From NCBI RefSeq assembly GCF_036365525.1, contig NC_090403.1, positions 31,567,461 to 31,631,460 on the forward strand: a stretch of DNA of 64,000 nt, given 5' to 3'. Each line of letters starts with the position of its first letter. The stretch's first letter is position 1. Of the stretch, positions 61,549 to 64,000 are shown piece by piece. A program made the position numbers and the translations under genes. The stretch is from Heterodontus francisci (Eukaryota). The notes beneath the pieces were generated by a model. It had not been told where the DNA came from. It saw nothing but the letters and a program-made list of their open reading frames with translations, and ran no database searches.

Positions 61549-64000
61549 TTCCAGTTAAGCTAAGATAGCTCAGCACCGATCAGAAATTGTATCTGGAATT
61601 TCCTGGGTGACAAGGCTGATTGCCATATCAGACTGTGCCTTTACCCACTAGTCCCCTTGGTGACAAGGCTGTCTGATGCTCAGGCACTGTTCCATGGACC
61701 TTTCTTAATGTCTGAAACTAAACCGTGACTATTGACAGGCTATTCAAACATGGAGGTCAGCACAGTGGAGCCTGAATCCTGTCCTCCACCAAAGTTAACA
61801 CAAATACTTTTCAATATCAATCACTGAATAGTTATGAGAAGTGGGAACCCCAGTAGATTGAAAATAACTGGTCAGATTAGTAGAAACTGCATTTAAAAGT
61901 AAGATCCGCATTGCCAATAGTACATCATGACTTTCTTTTCCATCAAAGTCACTGATGGTCATATGTAAGATACAATCAATTTTTATAGTGTGAATAAAGC
62001 TCACACTATCCCAGCAGTCATTATAGATTCTGTTAGTAACAGCTGTTAGTTTTCACTTTGCAGAATAGTCAAATCAAAAGAATTTCCTTTGAATTGGCAC
62101 TGCATCTTTTTGATTGTTACTTGATTAAACCTTTATGTTGCAGAATGTATCCAGGCCCAACGTGATGATAGAAAAGCAAATGTGGTCAATCAGATCAGTG
62201 AAGAGGAAGATAGGTTAATGCTTTGGTGGTGGACTCAATCAGAAATGAAAACTGGAAAATATTCAATTGAACAAAACAAAAATGGAGAGTTAGGCTGACT
62301 GACTACTTCGCAAATGGATGCATTGAGAAGTAATATTTTCCAATAATTTCCTAATCAACTTTTGAAACTGAGAAGCTCAGGGGAAGAGCCAAGGCCCGTA
62401 GTGGAGCTGAACAAAGGACAAGGATTAGTGCAAGACAAAGTCAATCAGCAAATAGTGTTGAGGTGAAGCTCAAACCCCAGTAGATTGAAAGAGGAAGGGA
62501 AGACTTGGGAAGGTTACGAGGTTTCACAGATTTGTGATCTTGAGAAAGAATGTGTTTGAGAAAAGGTGACAAAATGAGTCTTGAGAACACAGAGAGGACA
62601 AAGAGCAAGTAGGATGGGCATTTGGAGCTATGGAGGAACAGAAGAAGAAAAGTCCATAAAATTGTCCTTGTCAGTGTCCAGTATGTTTCTTTAAATTCAG
62701 CAGCACTTGCACTTTTTCCTTGTGTTCTAATGGGTTTGAGCACTAGCAGGAAAATATTATATTGATTGGAATCACTGCATTTCACTGAAATCATCTTCTT
62801 CTCCTGCCTCAAGCAGGCATTTAGCAACAAAAAAAAGTTTCTCATAATTTTCAAAAACTCAGGTAATCAGTGCATTTCGCATGGTCCCTAATAGCCTGTT
62901 GTTTCCTTTTTAGTTTAGATTTTATAATTTTTAAGCAAATCTAAAACAAACTGGGGTAAAAACTGATTTGTTTTGCACCCATTTTTTTGGGGCATAAAAC
63001 AGGGGTAAAGCATATCAGTTTGGCCGTGGGAGGCCTGCCCTCGATGTACGCAGGGGACAGCTCCACTGTTTAATTTGTGGAGCCCTTTATTTGGTTGTCC
63101 CGGGTAGATGCCTGAAACTGAAATTAGGCCCCTTGGATATGTAAATTAGGGGCCAAATGCCTGCTAAAGGACTCTTTTCAAAATTCTTTGATGAAGAGGG
63201 CAAGCATCAGGCCTACCTCACTCAGGATTCTTCAGTAGCCCTTGTGGCCACCAAAAAGGGTAAGGGTTAATTTTTTTTTAAAAGCTCATCATCTGGAGCC
63301 AGGAAGGCTGTACAGAAGTCACGATCATTCGGCTCCCTCCCCCATCCCCCCACATAGCCTGTTCCAATCTCTTCTCCTGGGTCTTAACTAAGGTGGGCTG
63401 CAATTGAGGCAGATAGCCCAACATTGATGTCTATACACAGGTGAGTTGCCTGTGGAGGTATGTGGCTGCTGCTGAGAATGTCGATGAGGTCCGAGAATCA
63501 ATTTCTATTGTCTCTCAAGCCTCTCTACCCCTCAGGTGAGGGTTGGTTGTGCAGAAGTTGAGCCTGGGCCTGAAAACGGGCCTGGATGATTTTCTGGGCC
63601 AACCTTTGTTTCAAGACACATCTAATTTTCATGTTATTAGAACCTCTAATGCATTTTCATTAACTCTCAGGCTGCAGTCCTTGGAGCTGTGAATTTTGAG
63701 AGTCCCAATAATTGGCTCTGCAAGAAAAATTTACCGAGAGGTAAAGAAAAGGGCCGGGAGCTCGCAGTGAGAGAAGGATCACCTATCAGATAAGAAGCAT
63801 TTTCTTGTATCCTGACCAAGAGTGTTAGAAAGATGCTGCTGAATTTAAAGAGCTGTGCTACAGACCCACAGACTGAGAATCCTGGAGGGATTTTTCTTTT
63901 GGCTTTGCTTTCAAAGAGCTGTCCCTTATTTCAACACTCCTTGAAGCTAAAGCACATTTCACAACATCAACAATTTCCTAGGAGCCAATGGATGGAAACT

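Noticed and set aside
62441-62854. 137-aa hydrophobic minus-strand ORF
   Set aside because: Non-ATG start, no motifs or convincing splice sites; probably decayed repeat sequence.

Overview
Eukaryotic, repeat-rich vertebrate DNA, most likely from a cartilaginous fish (inferred from an HE1-type V-SINE, Deu-domain SINEs and CR1/L2/Penelope content). No prokaryotic features were found. Most of the window is intron or intergenic sequence packed with transposable elements. These include a single-ORF APE+RT LINE family with a tRNA-like 5' head (one near-full copy at 43951-47407 plus truncated copies), two decayed two-gene PIF/Harbinger transposons, Harbinger-type MITEs, a Penelope element with a hammerhead core, an RTE fragment, a probable solo LTR and many SINE/CR1 tails. 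Host genes are a tandemly duplicated neurexophilin-like signal-peptide exon (50318-50371, 51906-51959) and two unidentified, low-confidence exon chains. The best lead is the tRNA-headed LINE. It has Pol III A/B boxes, no ORF1 and no TTTT on its sense strand for about 3.4 kb, suggesting an autonomous retrotransposon transcribed by RNA polymerase III, with a partner SINE made of its two ends. All calls were made by eye, and repeat boundaries are approximate.
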